From NCBI RefSeq assembly GCF_001194135.2, contig NC_068981.1:156615590-156679589 (forward strand): a stretch of 64,000 nt of DNA, in the 5' to 3' direction. Shown one piece after another: positions 63,645 to 64,000 of the stretch. Source of the DNA: Octopus bimaculoides. Taxonomy: Eukaryota. The position numbers were made by a program, and so were the translations under genes. The notes beneath the pieces were generated by a model. It saw only the letters and a program-made list of their open reading frames with translations, did no database searches and was not told the DNA's origin. The stretch's first letter is position 1. Every line of letters begins with the position of its first letter.

Positions 63645-63850
63645 CACAGAATATCATCTAAGGAGATCGACCAGAAGAGCTGCAGGAGATTCCGAAATCG
63701 TGTGGAGGCCGTGGTTGAAGCCAATAGCGATTTTATTGAATAAAATTACTCTTTAATATATCAAGATATTTTAATGTAATTTTGGTAAATATATCAGTTT
63801 AAAATGAGATGTCAGTGTTATTTTCATTTCTGCGTAATTTAAACAACAGT
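63645..63850 (+). mobile_element. maT/DD37D transposon 3' end
   Basis: KEIDQKSCRRFRNRVEAVVEANSDFIE* followed by an AT-rich 3' region. Confidence 0.75.
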
Positions 63851-63941
63851 TTACTCAACGCGCGCGCGCGTGCACACACACACACACGAACACATTGACA
63901 CATACATAGATTATATGTATATAAACTGTATATATTGTGTA

Positions 63942-64000
<59 letters not shown>

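Overview
Eukaryotic, AT-rich, microsatellite-dense genomic DNA with 7 assembly gaps. It is most likely an octopus (coleoid cephalopod) draft assembly; this is inferred from my recognition of the SINE families and repeat landscape, not from a database search. I found no intact host gene, rRNA, true tRNA gene or CRISPR array. The window is mostly decayed and nested mobile elements. Retroelements: R4/Dong-like RLE LINEs (one near full length), Tx1/L1-clade LINEs, two Penelope-like elements, a Gypsy LTR element and at least four tRNA-derived SINE families (my labels A-D). DNA elements: mariner, maT/DD37D, Tigger/pogo and possible Merlin transposons, a Helitron-type non-autonomous element and several long fold-back MITEs. 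The most notable observations are: (1) a head-to-tail pair of ORF1-only Tx1-like elements whose 3' tail is shared with a tRNA-derived SINE; (2) a fold-back element with an inverted telomeric (TAACCC)n/(GGGTTA)n core; (3) a 23-nt insert in a LINE that copies a local tandem-repeat unit 6 kb away; (4) a palindrome with two stacked insertions at its apex; (5) weak hints of a minus-strand host gene made of short hydrophobic exons. Boundaries of decayed elements are approximate (tens of bp); TIR and TSD coordinates were counted by hand.
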